From: Saprolegnia diclina VS20
Taxonomy: Eukaryota
Assembly: GCF_000281045.1 (NCBI RefSeq)
Contig: NW_008246071.1
Coordinates: forward strand, 433,912 to 497,911
Length of the DNA stretch: 64,000 nucleotides
Reading direction: 5' to 3'
Positions 1-14,270 of this stretch are shown in pieces; positions within the stretch are counted from its first letter, which is position 1, and each line of letters begins with the position of its first letter. The notes under the pieces are model-generated. The model ran no database searches. It was not told the origin of the DNA and saw only the letters and a list, made by a program, of their open reading frames with translations. The position numbers were made by a program, and so were the translations under genes.

Positions 1-221
1 ATTCCTTCACAACCCGATGGACGATTCGCAATGCTGACAAGTTGCCCGCCGTGCAGAATTTAACCACATGGCCATTCGATACGTGGCAAGGGAATGCACC
101 CATGTATTATCTATCCGGATTGGTGTGATAGGTCGGTATCCGGATGGCTGCGCGCCGAGGCCCACGCTCATTTGCAAAAACAAGCTCCGCCCACGTACAG
201 TAGGAGTCGACGGCGAGAGGG

Positions 222-3200
222 ATGCGCGACACCAGTGATCCTACGACGCTTCGCATCGGCGACCTTTACTGGAAGCAAGATGGGCCGACGCAATGGACGC
301 TGGCGAAGCTTCTATCGCAGCAAGAAAATGGCACAGCCACGGTCGGGCTCGTCGATGAGACCACCGGTGCGCTCCTGCCCAACGAAGAGCACGACGTCGA
401 GGCCGCGCAGCTGCGTCCGGCCAACCCGCTCAAGAGGTACTCGTTCCTTTTGAATATGGCTACTAAGGTGCTCGGGATGCTAGCCACTGCGCCGACATGA
501 CGTCGCTGCGCTACTTGCACGAAGCCGCGCTGGTCAAGAACTTGCACGACCGATGGATGGCCACGGATCGCCTCACGTACACGGCCATGTCCAACGTGCT
601 CATCGCAGTCAACCCGCTCAAGGTGCTGCCCCACCCGGAGAAGGCCGCGATCGTGCGCGACTCGCTGGACAAGTCGCCGCCGCATCCGTACCAAGTCTCC
701 GAGGTCTCACCATCTCGATGCTACCATGCGTATCCTCATCATGAGTAGAGCGCCTATCGCCAAATGCGCACGGTCAAGAAGAACCAGTCGATCATCATCT
801 CGGGCGAGAGCGGGTCGGGCAAGACCGAGACGTCCAAGATCATCTTGGACTACTTGACCGCGCGGTCGGGCCTCGAGGCAAGTGCCAAGACGACGCGCTC
901 CAAGCAAGTCGACTTTGAGCATGTGCTCGGCGACCAGCTCATGGAGACGATCCCGATTCTCGAGTCGTTTGGCAATGCGAAAACGCACCGCAACCACAAC
1001 TCGTCGCGCTTTGGCAAATACATGCGCCTCCAGTTCACACCCAAGGACGCCAGCGCCAAGAACTCGGTCTTGCGGCTCTCGGGCGCGTCCATCGACACGT
1101 ACCTCCTCGAAAAGTCCCGCCTCGTCATGCCGCCCGAGGGCGAGCGCAACTTCCACGTGTTCTACGAACTCCTTCGGTCGGGCGACGCGCCGCTGCTCGA
1201 GTCCCTCAAGCTCGTGCCGAATCCGTACGACGACAAAATCAAGGGCAACGACGTCGAAGACCATATGGGCACGTACCGGTACCTCAACGTCTCGGGCTGC
1301 GTGACGGCGAGTAACATGGACGACCGCAACAACTTTGCGCGGCTCATTGGCGCCTTTGAGAAGATTGGCATCGACACGAAAGAGCTCACGCGCGTCGTCG
1401 CGGGGCTTCTCCACCTCGGCAACGTGACGTTCGAGGAAGAGGACACGAACCAAGGCATGACGGCGACGCTCTCGACGTCGCCCGAGATGGACGACGCGCT
1501 CTCGATATCGGCCGACCTCCTCGGGCTGCGCGCCGACACGCTTCTCAACGTCATGACGAGTCGTCGCATCTCGCGCCAAAACTCTGCCGGCGGCACCGAC
1601 CGGCGGCAGACGTTCCAGCGGCAAGCGTCCGTGTACGTGGTCAAGAAGGACGTCAAGCAAGCGAGCTACTCGCGCGACACGATCGCCAAGATGATCTACG
1701 AACAAGTACATACGCGCCTGGGTTATATCGATGGACTCTGACGTGGGGTAGGTGTTTGGCTGGCTCATGCGCAAGTGCGCGGCCGCGCTCAAGTACAACG
1801 CCGATGCGCAAGACGTCTTGCCGTACATTGGTGTCCTCGATATCTTTGGTTTCGAGGATTTCGAGCCGATGAACCGGAACTCGTTTGAGCAGCTCTTGAT
1901 CAACTACGCCAACGAGACGCTCCAAGACATGTTCAACGTGTGCATCCTCAAGGCCGAGCAAGAGCTGTACCAAGCCGAGCACGTCTTTGCACCGCAAAAC
2001 ATTGGCCTCCGGTTTGCGTTCGACCCGAGTACCTTTGCGACGACATCGATCCCGTACGGCTTAGTGCTCAAGTGGATACGATTCTCATTGTCTCCAAGTA
2101 GGCGCCGCCTCGACGAGCTCTCGACCGAGATTCACTACGACGACAACCACGAGTGTCTCTCGCTCATTGCGGGTCGCTACGACAGCATCTTTGCGACACT
2201 CGACACGGTCGGCATTCTTGCCGGGTCGTCCGATAAGAAGCTCAACGAGAAGCTCCACCAAACGTTCAAGAAGCACCCGTGGTACGCGCAATGGTCATCA
2301 GAACAGTCGGGTTCTCATGTCGATCGGCGATTAGCTTTCCGCTGCCGCACCCCAAGGATGCGCACCACGACTTTTGCATCAAGCACTTTGCCGGCACGGT
2401 GCACTACCGCATCGACTCGTTCATTGACAAGAACAACAACGTGACGTCGGTGCAGTTCCAAGATCTTATCCATAGCTCGACGCTCAACGTGCTCAAAGAG
2501 ACGGTCTTTTCGTCGCGCAACGTCGGGAGCATCTCGAAGATGTTTTCGCAGCAGATGAAGGGCCTTGCGGCCGAGCTCGACAGCACGCGCTGCAACTTTA
2601 TCCGGTGCATCAAGCCCAACGCAGCGATGGACGCGACGCTCTTTGACCGCGACAGCGTCTTGAGCCAACTGCGCTGCTCGGGAACCGTCCAAGCCTGCCA
2701 GGTGCTGCAGGTCGGCCTCCCGACGCGCGTCGCATACCATGAGCTCCTTGCGGTCTACGCGCCATTGGTGCCGCCGTCGTTTCTCGCCAAGTACGAGACG
2801 CAGCCAAGGTTGTTTACGCAGGGACTTTGCCACGCCCTCGAGATTCCGCTCGACGCGGTGCGGTTTGGCGAGTCGCGTCTCTTCTTCAAGGCCGGTCTGT
2901 CGCTCGAAAAGCTCTCATGCAATATACTAACGTGGTTTCTGCAGGCAAGGTCGACTTGCTCGACAAGCTCTTGAACGCGACCGAGTGGATTTCCGTCGAC
3001 TTGCTCGTCATGACGCTCAACAAGTACCTCGTCAAGAAGCGCTGGCTTCGCGCTGTCACCAAAGTCATGGTCGCCAAGGCATTCGAGAAGCTCTTCCTCG
3101 CGAGTCAAATGCGGCACAAGGCGATCAAGCTGCAGTGCTGGTGGCGCCAGCGCCGTGCTTGCCGCCGCATCGAAGCGATCCGCAAGACGCTGCGCATTTC

Positions 3201-6200
3201 GCGCCTGTGGAGCCGCATGAAGGACAAGCTCCTCGTGCAATCCGCGTTCGAGGGCCGCGTCGAGGAGAAGATGACGCTGCTGCACGCCCTCCTCCTTCGA
3301 AAGGACGTCAAACAAGACTCCAAGTGGCTCCTCCAGTGGCTTGGCCCGCTCCAGCGCACCATGTACGTCCAGAAGCTCGGCAAGGCGGCGTGCATGACGT
3401 ACCTCGCCAAGCGCGCCTTTGTCCAGCTCCTCGAGCATGTCCGGGAAAAGCGCGCGTCGATCGCGCTCCAGTCGCAGGTTTGTTGTCGGTCATAGCTAGC
3501 GGTCGCCCTGACTATGAACGCGTAGGTCCGGCGGTACCTTGCGGTCAAGGAGGCCAACGCGCTGCGCAAAAAGATGCAAGCGCAAAAGCACTGGCGCAAG
3601 ATGCGTCTCTGGCTCACGGCGTCGGCCAAGCTCGTGGGGCTCTTCCGCCGCGTGCACCTCACGCGTCTCGAGCTCGACAATGCGCGCTTGGTCACCGAGA
3701 TCGACGCGTTCAAATCGGAGGTGGCGGCGGCGCACGCCCAGGCGGCGGCAGTCGCATTCGACGCCAAGGAGGCGGCGGCGGCGCATGCATCGAGCAAGGC
3801 CCAGTACGAAGCCTCGATGGACGCACTCGAAGCCAAGCTCGCGCAAGCCGACGTGCAGATCCAGTGGCTCGACCAGGAAAATGTGGACAAGGACAGCAAG
3901 ATCCTCGAGATGCGCATGGAGGCCAAGGACCTCAACGACGCGATCGCGGACGCCGAGACGACGCTCGAGTGGACGATTTCCAAGAAGGACACGACGATCA
4001 CGTCCCTTCAAGGCGAACTCGCGACCTTGGGCGCCAAGCTCGACGCGCTTCAGGCGGAGCACGCGGCGTGTGCGTCCGTCGCGGTCCGCTTGGAAGAAGC
4101 CACCGACGCGCTCGATGCGCTCCAAGAAGAATTCGACGACGCAATTGCTGCCATGGACGCCAAGATGACGCAGCAGTCGGCGGACGCGGCGACCGAGCAC
4201 GCCATGGACATCGAACGTCTCGAAGCGGCACTGGCTGCTGCCGACGCGGCCCGCGTTCACGCGGAAGACCTCCACGCAGCAGCCATGGTCGACCACGCGG
4301 TGCAGAGCCAGGCCTTGGAAACGACGCAGGAAACGATGCGTGCCGAGCACACGGCGGCGGTGGAGGCTCTCGAAGCGCAACTGGCGACTGCCAACGCGCA
4401 GCTGGTCGAGGCCAAGACGTCTCATGAAGAGGCCGTCGCCGCGCATGAAGAGATGCTGATCGCATTCGGCGCCAAGGTCGATGAACAAATGGCAGCGCAC
4501 GACGCGGCGATCGCAGAGCTCGACTCCAAGCTCGACGCGGCCGACGACGCGCGCGCGGACTTCGAAGCGCAGCTGGCCGAAGCGGCGGGGGCGCATGAAG
4601 CCGCGGCGGCCGAGCACGCGTCGCGCGTCAAGAAGCTTGAGACCAAGCTCAGCATCCATGCGGCGCTGCGTGAGACGATGAAGATCGAGCATGAGAAGCG
4701 TGTCACTAGCCTTGAAGAGAAGCTGGCCGCCGCCGAGACGCAGCGTGACACCTTTGAGACGCAGCTTGCTGAAGCCACTGTGGGCCACGCGATCAAGATC
4801 CAGTCGCTGGAAGCCAAAAGCGTCGAGTCATCGGGTGCCATGGCGACCATGGCCACCGAGCACGCGGCTGCGATTGCTGTCCTTGAAGCCAAGGTCTCGG
4901 GAGCGGACGCGCGGCGCAAGTCGATCAAGGAGGAGCTGCGCGCAGCACTCGCTGAGCATGCAACGGAGAAGGCTGCGCTTCAAGCTTCGATCTCGGAGAC
5001 GACGGCTGCAAAGCTTGCTGTCGAGACGACGCTTGCAGCCTCGACAGAGCAGCTTGCGACGGTCCAAGCCACCCTCGAGAAGGATGCCACCGAGCACGAA
5101 AAGGCATTGAATGACCTTGGCACTCAACTTCANNNNNNNNNNNNNNNNNNNNNNNNNNNNNNNNNNNNNNNNNNNNNNNNNNNNNNNNNNNNNNNNNNNN
5201 NNNNNNNNNNNNNNNNNNNNNNNNNNNNNNNNNNNNNNNNNNNNNNNNNNNNNNNNNNNNNNNNNNNNNNNNNNNNNNNNNNNNNNNNNNNNNNNNNNNN
5301 NNNNNNNNNNNNNNNNNNNNNNNNNNNNNNNNNNNNNNNNNNNNNNNNNNNNNNNNNNNNNNNNNNNNNNNNNNNNNNNNNNNNNNNNNNNNNNNNNNNN
5401 NNNNNNNNNNNNNNNNNNNNNNNNNNNNNNNNNNNNNNNNNNNNNNNNNNNNNNNNNNNNNNNNNNNNNNNNNNNNNNNNNNNNNNNNNNNNNNNNNNNN
5501 NNNNNNNNNNNNNNNNNNNNNNNNNNNNNNNNNNNNNNNNNNNNNNNNNNNNNNNNNNNNNNNNNNNNNNNNNNNNNNNNNNNNNNNNNNNNNNNNNNNN
5601 NNNNNNNNNNNNNNNNNNNNNNNNNNNNNNNNNNNNNNNNNNNNNNNNNNNNNNNNNNNNNNNNNNNNNNNNNNNNNNNNNNNNNNNNNNNNNNNNNNNN
5701 NNNNNNNNNNNNNNNNNNNNNNNNNNNNNNNNNNNNNNNNNNNNNNNNNNNNNNNNNNNNNNNNNNNNNNNNNNNNNNNNNNNNNNNNCCGAGCTCACGG
5801 CTAGTCGCGACGCGGCGATCTCGTCGCAGACGTCCACGACAAGCGAGCTTGCTGCTGAAATCGCTGAGGCAAAGACCGCGACAGCTGCTGCCGAGGCCGC
5901 CAAGGCCAAGTGCGACTTTACGATCGCTACTTTGGAGACTCAAGTCGCGAACCTCACTGCGGTCAACGAAGCGTCCGTGGCGACGACTGCAGAACACCAG
6001 GTGGCGTTGGCCGAACTGACGGCCGCAAAGTCGACTGTCGAGACGCAGCTCCACGACGCTACTACTGCTGTGGAGGCTGTCCAGGCCGAACGCGACGCGA
6101 TTGCGGCGTCGGTTGCTGCACTCGAGTCGTCGTTGCGCGAGGCGTCGACTCGTCAGGCGGCTGCGCATGCCGAAGTCGAGGCTGCGCTCGCTGCCAAGGC

Positions 6201-7765
6201 GACTGCTCTGGCTGCTTTTGACGGCAAAATGGCCCAAGACGCGGCGTCGTTGGCGGCTCTCAAAGAGCAATTGCACGAAACCAGTGCGAACCACGCGGCG
6301 ACCGTAGCACGTCTCGAGACGGAGCTCGACCAGACCCGCGCCCAGCTGACGGTACACCTCACTGTTCGAACACCGGATCCACAAGGTTGTGTTTGTAGGA
6401 GACACGAACGGCTCACGACGCCACGATCGCGGCGTTGCAAGCCGCGCAAGCCACGGCCACTGCGCAGCACGATGCGGCGTTGGCCACGCTTCAAGCCTCG
6501 CTGACCGATGCGAACGACCGGCATGCGGAGCTTTTGGCGGCCGAGGCAAGTCGCACGCGCGCTGCTGAAGCCGCTCTTGCCGATGCGAATGCAGAGCGCG
6601 GTGCCGTCGAAAGCAAGCTGGCGGAGGCCCTCAAAGCCGAATACGAGGCGGCCCTTGCGAGGACAGCGGCGGCGTCGACGGCTGACTTGGAGGCTAAGCT
6701 TCATGCCGCCGAAGCCCAGCGTGCTGCGCTCGAAGCGGATCGCGATGCGCGTGCGGCGCAGCTCCTCGACGCCATCGATGCTGTGCAGGTCGCCAAGACC
6801 GAGCACAACGCTGCTCTCGCCGAGGTAACTGCGGAACTTCGCGCGCTCAAGGCCCAGTACGTGACGCTCGAGGCTGTCAAGAACGAGCGTGACGTTGCTG
6901 CCGAAGGGCTGGCTCAAATGGTGCGTCAGCTCCAGGAAGACAAGGACGCGCATCAGGACCGCGCCCAGAACCTGGAGACGCAGCTCATCAAGCTCGAAGA
7001 GGAGCTCGTCGCGGACAAGGTGAGTGCCATGGTTCTGTCAGCTCATACGGGTGTTGAAGCTCATGCGTTTGCATAGGCAACCATTGCGACGCAAGTGGCC
7101 ATGATCAAGTGCCTTCAAGTCGCTCCCCGCGCTGTTGCGGCTGTCTCGTCGGTGGCGGCGAGTGCGGTTCTGGCGGCCGCCCCCAGCGAGAGCGCCAACG
7201 TCAAGGTATGATTTGCCACTAGACAAAATCCATCTGACGGTATTGATCTAGTCGCATGAGAGCAAGCTAGCGACGCTCCAAGAACAGTTGGAGACGCTGC
7301 GCACCGTGCATAAGTCGGCGCTGGGTCGCGACATTGACGTTGACGCAATGGAACTGGCCGCGGTACCGACGCACTCCATCCTACCATCGCATTCAAAAAT
7401 CTGTGTAGAAGTGCGCCACTATGATCAAGACAGACGTGGCGCCGGTAGTCGAGGCGACGGCGCCCAAGACGCGGTCGCTTCCGTCGGGCACGCTCTCGCG
7501 GTCGATCCAGACGGGCTCGGCGGCTGAAATCGAAAAGCTCAAGGCCGAGATCAAGGAGCGGGAGGACCGTCTCCGCGAACTGACCAAGACTGTACGTACA
7601 ACAGCGTCGTCGACGACCGTCCTCTTGCCGCGAACGCTCATGTGGTGCTAGGACCCTCACTCGACGCGTGGTGCGGGCTTCCTCGCCTCCAAGTCGACGG
7701 CGACCATGGCGCTGCTCCTCACGGTGTTTTGCGTCAAGGAGCTCGTCGCGCTCCGCTTCAAGTAG
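222..7765 (+). CDS. Myosin heavy chain (motor domain, IQ-like motifs, very long Ala/Glu-rich coiled coil, hydrophobic C-terminus); multi-exon, spans assembly gap
   Basis: DMTSLRYLHE, P-loop GESGSGKT, LESFGNAKTHRNHNSSRFGKY, ERNFHVFY, DIFGFE, NSFEQLLINYANE, FIRCIKPN; IQ-like LQCWWRQRRACR; GT-AG introns join the frames; last exon 7652-7765 ends ...ELVALRFK*. Confidence 0.93.
5133..5788. other. Assembly gap (656 N) inside the repetitive coiled-coil exon of the myosin
   Basis: Run of N; the same Ala/Glu-rich reading frame is open on both sides. Confidence 0.99.
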
Positions 7766-7800
7766 ATATAATACTACATCGACATGTAATACAGAGTCCA

Positions 7801-9544
7801 TTACGACTGCGCTGGGAGTGGCAAGCACATGACGCGCCCGAGGCCCTTGTGCATTTGCACCTGATGCAGTACGTTTGTATCAATGTATCGAGAACATGCC
7901 ACGTTGTACCTGGATGGTCTCGCCACCGAGGCGCTCGCCGTCAATCGAAATGTAGTTGGTGTCGGTGCGCCGCAGTTGGTAGGCCCTAGTACGTCTCGTC
8001 AATTCGCCATCACACCACCAAGGATGCGCAGTCTACCGCGTCTTGATCACTTGAACAAACGGGTACTCGATGTGCGCGCCCGTATCAAGACCCAAGAGCA
8101 GTTTGGTCTGGGCCACCATCGAGAGGTTCTTGGGCGCCGCGACAATGTGAATCAAGCCGTCGTTGATGTGCGCACCAGGCGCGAGGTGACAGTCGGACGA
8201 CGGAAGCGCCGCGCTTGTCGCCCAAAAGAACGAATACGGTCCTTCGATCGTCTTCCAATGCGTTGGCACGGGCGCCGAGATGTCATGCAACAGGTGGAGC
8301 TCGGGTGCCGACCCACGTGGCGTCGGGTTGCTCTCCCAGTATGCACTGTCGCTGCTCTCGTCGGCCTCGAGTGGTAAGTACGAGAGCGCGCCGTGCCAGC
8401 GCTTCCAGGAGAGGACCTTGGCCACGGACGCCATCGTGAAGCGCGCGCCGCCGAGAAAGCGGTACGTCTCCGACTCCAAGTCGACGTCCGCGACGAACGC
8501 CCATGCGAGCGAGAGGAAGCTGTAGAATGTCTCTTGCTCGGCATTGCCTACGCAGCAGCTCAGGCAACGAAGGCCACAATTGCGTGACGTACGCGCCGTC
8601 ATCATGTCGATGGGCTGCGGCGCGCCCTTGACGATCAAGTACGCGCAGTTTTCTGGCTCAAAGGCCTCGCCGAGCAGCTTTGTGAGCGACTGTGTGAGAC
8701 CATTGCCCGAGCCGCCCGGAATGAGCTAAATGGCACCTCATTAAGCCACACGTGATGCAGCAAGGGCAGGTCTACCCCAAATGGAAAGCGAATCGCGTCG
8801 TGCCAGTCTTGGCGCCGCATGAGGCCCTGCACGACTACGTCGGTGGCGTTATCGCAACCGGAAGGCAAGAGGAATCATGATTTCTACCTTCGGAAGCGAG
8901 CCCGTCACCGCCGACGCACACCATAAAGTCGTACGCCGTCAAGTTTAGCGTGCGCCCAATCTCGGTCGCGTGGCCCGCATACTCGGTGCACTGCGTCGTC
9001 ACGTCAATGTGCGTTGCATCAAAGAAGCCGCGCACGCTCTCAAACATGGCTTCCGACTTGCCTGAGAACAGAGAACACATGAGTCAACCTCGCGCCCCTT
9101 CCGCGCCTGTCACTGTACCCGAGCCACCGACGGGGTTGATCAGCACAAGGCATTTCTACGCCTGCATTGGCACTCGATGCCCTTGGAGCGAGAGAGACGT
9201 ACCCGGGGTGCTGGCGTCGCGTGCAAAAGGTCGTCGAGGCTGCGCTCTGGTGCCCAGCCGAAGCGCGCCAGAAAGGTCGTCGCGACGGCCACGTGAGCCA
9301 ATAAGGTCATGTCGTCGCTCTCGGCCACAAGCTTACGAAGCGCGCGCTTGCCATTGCCCCGGCGCGGGCACGTGTGGATCGTGAGCATGGTCGCGGTCGC
9401 TGTCGCGCCAAGGACGTCGGCCCATGCGATCGTCGTCGGCAGCGCGTCGCCACGCTCAAGGACAAGCCCATCTTCTTGCAGCGAGAGGCTCACGGACTCG
9501 CCATCGACCGTACAGGCAGCGTGCAGGACGGTCGTCGAGGTCAT
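7801..9544 (-). CDS. SPHK: Sphingosine kinase (DAG-kinase catalytic fold), multi-exon
   Basis: INPVGGSGKS, TEYAGHATEI, VCVGGDGLASE, IPGGSGNGL, SFLSLAWAFVADVDLESETYRFLGGARF, ISIDGE; last exon VQMHKGLGRVMCLPLPAQS* ends at 7801. Confidence 0.92.
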
Positions 9545-9928
9545 GGCGCAGAGGAAAGCGGACTGAAGCCGGTTACGACTCGGCTTCTCGACGGTTGGCG
9601 GGACGTTGAAGAATCACGACGAGATTACGCGTTCCTAGACTAAAATCACGCCACCGCGTCAACGTGCCTCGCGTAATCAGGGACGCACATTCGAGCTGTT
9701 TACACAGCGCGGCTCGTGAATGATTTCGGCCCAGATGAGCTGCACGACCCGGACGAGTTGCGTGCGTCTAGCGAAAGCCGGAGAACATCGGACATCCGGA
9801 TAATTGCGAGAAGACCGGATAATTGCGCGGCGATCATCGTCCGGATACAAAACCGGGCGAAGATCATACGGATAAGGATATGCGGAGACCGTCCGGATGC
9901 TGTAACTGTCCCATCCTCACGACGTGGG

Positions 9929-12160
<2,232 letters not shown>

Positions 12161-13270
12161 CACCCAAGAAGCGGTGCGCGTCTTTGGGGTCCCAAGGTGT
12201 CGAGAGGCGGACTCGACTGCGTGCCGACGACACGTTCGGTTCCGTGGGTTCCGTCATTGACACGAACCAAGTCCAGAAAAATAGAGACCGCAGCTGCGTC
12301 TTTCAGGATCAAGCGTGCGTTCCCTTCGGTTCTAGCTTCGAGAGAGGGCTGGGTAGAAATATATGAGGCTGCAGAGACGCCAACAGCACGCTGGCTCTTG
12401 GTGCCAAATCGAGAATTCGCTCTATCCGTTTGGGATCGAATGGGTGCGCTTGACGATGAACGCCGAGTCTCCGGTCGTCGTCGTTTGTTCTTTTTTTCAA
12501 CACCCTCTTCTTCCCATGCGAAGGCCTCGCGGGCGAGATGGCTTGCGTCGCATATTGTTAGCGTCCGAGTGCCAGCGCGTGCAGCTAGGTGCAATGCTAA
12601 ACTGTGTGCTGGGTGCATCGCCAATCAAGGCACTCTAGAGCCAGGCGCGCCAAGGGCAAAATCGATTTTCTTTGCATGGGCGGCTCTGCCGTGGACAATA
12701 GAAACGCAATCGCCAGCGGCAAGAGAGGGAACTTCCACCTGCTTCCTCGTTACGCCTGGTCCCAACGACCAGCCCTCGACGACGGCCACATTGCCGTATC
12801 TTTTCGCGGCAAACCGCCCGCCAGCCCGTCATCGAATTCGCGCCACATCACGTCTCGGCCAATCAAAAGTGAGCGAACAATGACTCGGATCAGAAAATTC
12901 TACTCATCTGTGCGAATATAGATTACTGCACCACCATGTGCGCAAGCCAGCGCCAAGAAGACATAGCAATCTGTCCAGCAAGCTGGCATCAAAGCGTTCC
13001 TCTTCATCGACACATCGTAAGTAGAAGGCCTTTATCGTCTGCTCGCCGACCACAGGTGCGATGCGCGTAACGCGACGTGTTAGACTGACCAGGTGCGTCT
13101 TTTCTGTACAATTGCCGTTGTGACGGCGGTTATAACAGCGTTAGTAGCACGGTCCGGATGTCACGACCACGTGGTGGCTTCGGTTGGCACCGGACCTGGC
13201 GCAGAGCCGGAGTGCGCCGTCCCGTGGCCGCCGCTGACATTCAGTCGCTGATTTCGCCACCGCTTGGGAC

Positions 13271-13981
13271 ATGAGCTGCAAGCGTGGTCGCCCGTGCGAG
13301 ACGAAGAACGTCGAAGGCCTCTCGCTCGCCTTCAAGCTGCGCAGCCTCGTGGTCGAGGCCCACCTCTCGGACCTCAACGCGTCCGTCATCGAGAAAAACC
13401 TGGTCGCGATCGCGAATGAGCTCGCGACGCTCTGCGCCTTTGGCATCCAGCCCGAAGACCGCTGCGTGCGCTTCCTCGTCATGGCCAACGACCGCATCGC
13501 CAAGATGCTCGCCAAGAAGGACTTGGCCTGGACCGCGTCGCCGCATGCGATCTGGAGCTTCGCCAAAGCCTCGGTGCTCGGCTCCAAGCCCGGGAACGTC
13601 GACGCGTGCTACGCGGCCGAGGTCCAAGATATATCTGTGCTTTGGCACGAGATGCTCCGCGTCAAGGACAAGGCCGCGGACCTCTGGAAGCGAGAGAAGC
13701 TCGAGGAGGCGCTGCCGTATCTGCACGCGGCCGACGCGTACTTTAAGCGCATCCACCTCAAGCACCAGAAGCTCAACATTGACCACGCGATCATCGACTG
13801 CCACGTGGAGCCGGTCGCGAAGAAAGCGAAGGCCCACCGCGTGTCCTTCTCCGATACGCCGCTTGTGCTCGGGACGGCCCAAGCTGACGTCGACCGGACG
13901 CCCATCTGCCCGTCCAAGCCAACGCAGCTCGAAGCGCTCTTGCTTCGTGCGACGCGCGAGTTCCCCATGCCGTGCTTGTAA
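13271..13981 (+). CDS. Uncharacterised 236-aa helical protein with basic N-terminus and C-terminal RVxF-PhiPhi-R motif; paralogue of 28801-29556
   Basis: Intronless ORF with strong GC3 codon bias; aligns along its length with the minus-strand ORF at 28801-29556. Confidence 0.85.
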   Translation: MSCKRGRPCETKNVEGLSLAFKLRSLVVEAHLSDLNASVIEKNLVAIANELATLCAFGIQPEDRCVRFLVMANDRIAKMLAKKDLAWTASPHAIWSFAKASVLGSKPGNVDACYAAEVQDISVLWHEMLRVKDKAADLWKREKLEEALPYLHAADAYFKRIHLKHQKLNIDHAIIDCHVEPVAKKAKAHRVSFSDTPLVLGTAQADVDRTPICPSKPTQLEALLLRATREFPMPCL

Positions 13982-14270
13982 ACTAGAGATGCTTTATTTA
14001 TTAACGTGAACCTCGACGCTGAGCTCTACTAGCACCAGTGTACTGGTGTCCTATGGCCGCTCCATGAGACTTGTCCATGCACGACTAGAAGCATCAACCT
14101 ACGCAGAGTGTAGGCCACGCACCGTTCCTGTGCAGCTGCCTCATGCAAGATGCAGTGCGCGCTCGGTCCGTATCATGCATGACCCATGGTCCGTATGCAG
14201 CCGCGTCGAGATCCTCGGCGGCTCGCATCATCCGGATACCGAGCCCAAACGGCGAACGACAGCAGCGAGC

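Noticed and set aside
707..6953. Long antisense and alternative-frame ORFs over the myosin (and likewise over most genes)
   Set aside because: Shadow ORFs caused by high GC3 codon bias; they are Arg/Ala-rich with no recognisable motifs.
12161..13270. Short ORFs and an intron-like GTAAGT...CACAG (about 13017-13055) upstream of the 236-aa gene
   Set aside because: No codon bias or homology; could be a 5' UTR intron or uORF but cannot be supported without transcripts.
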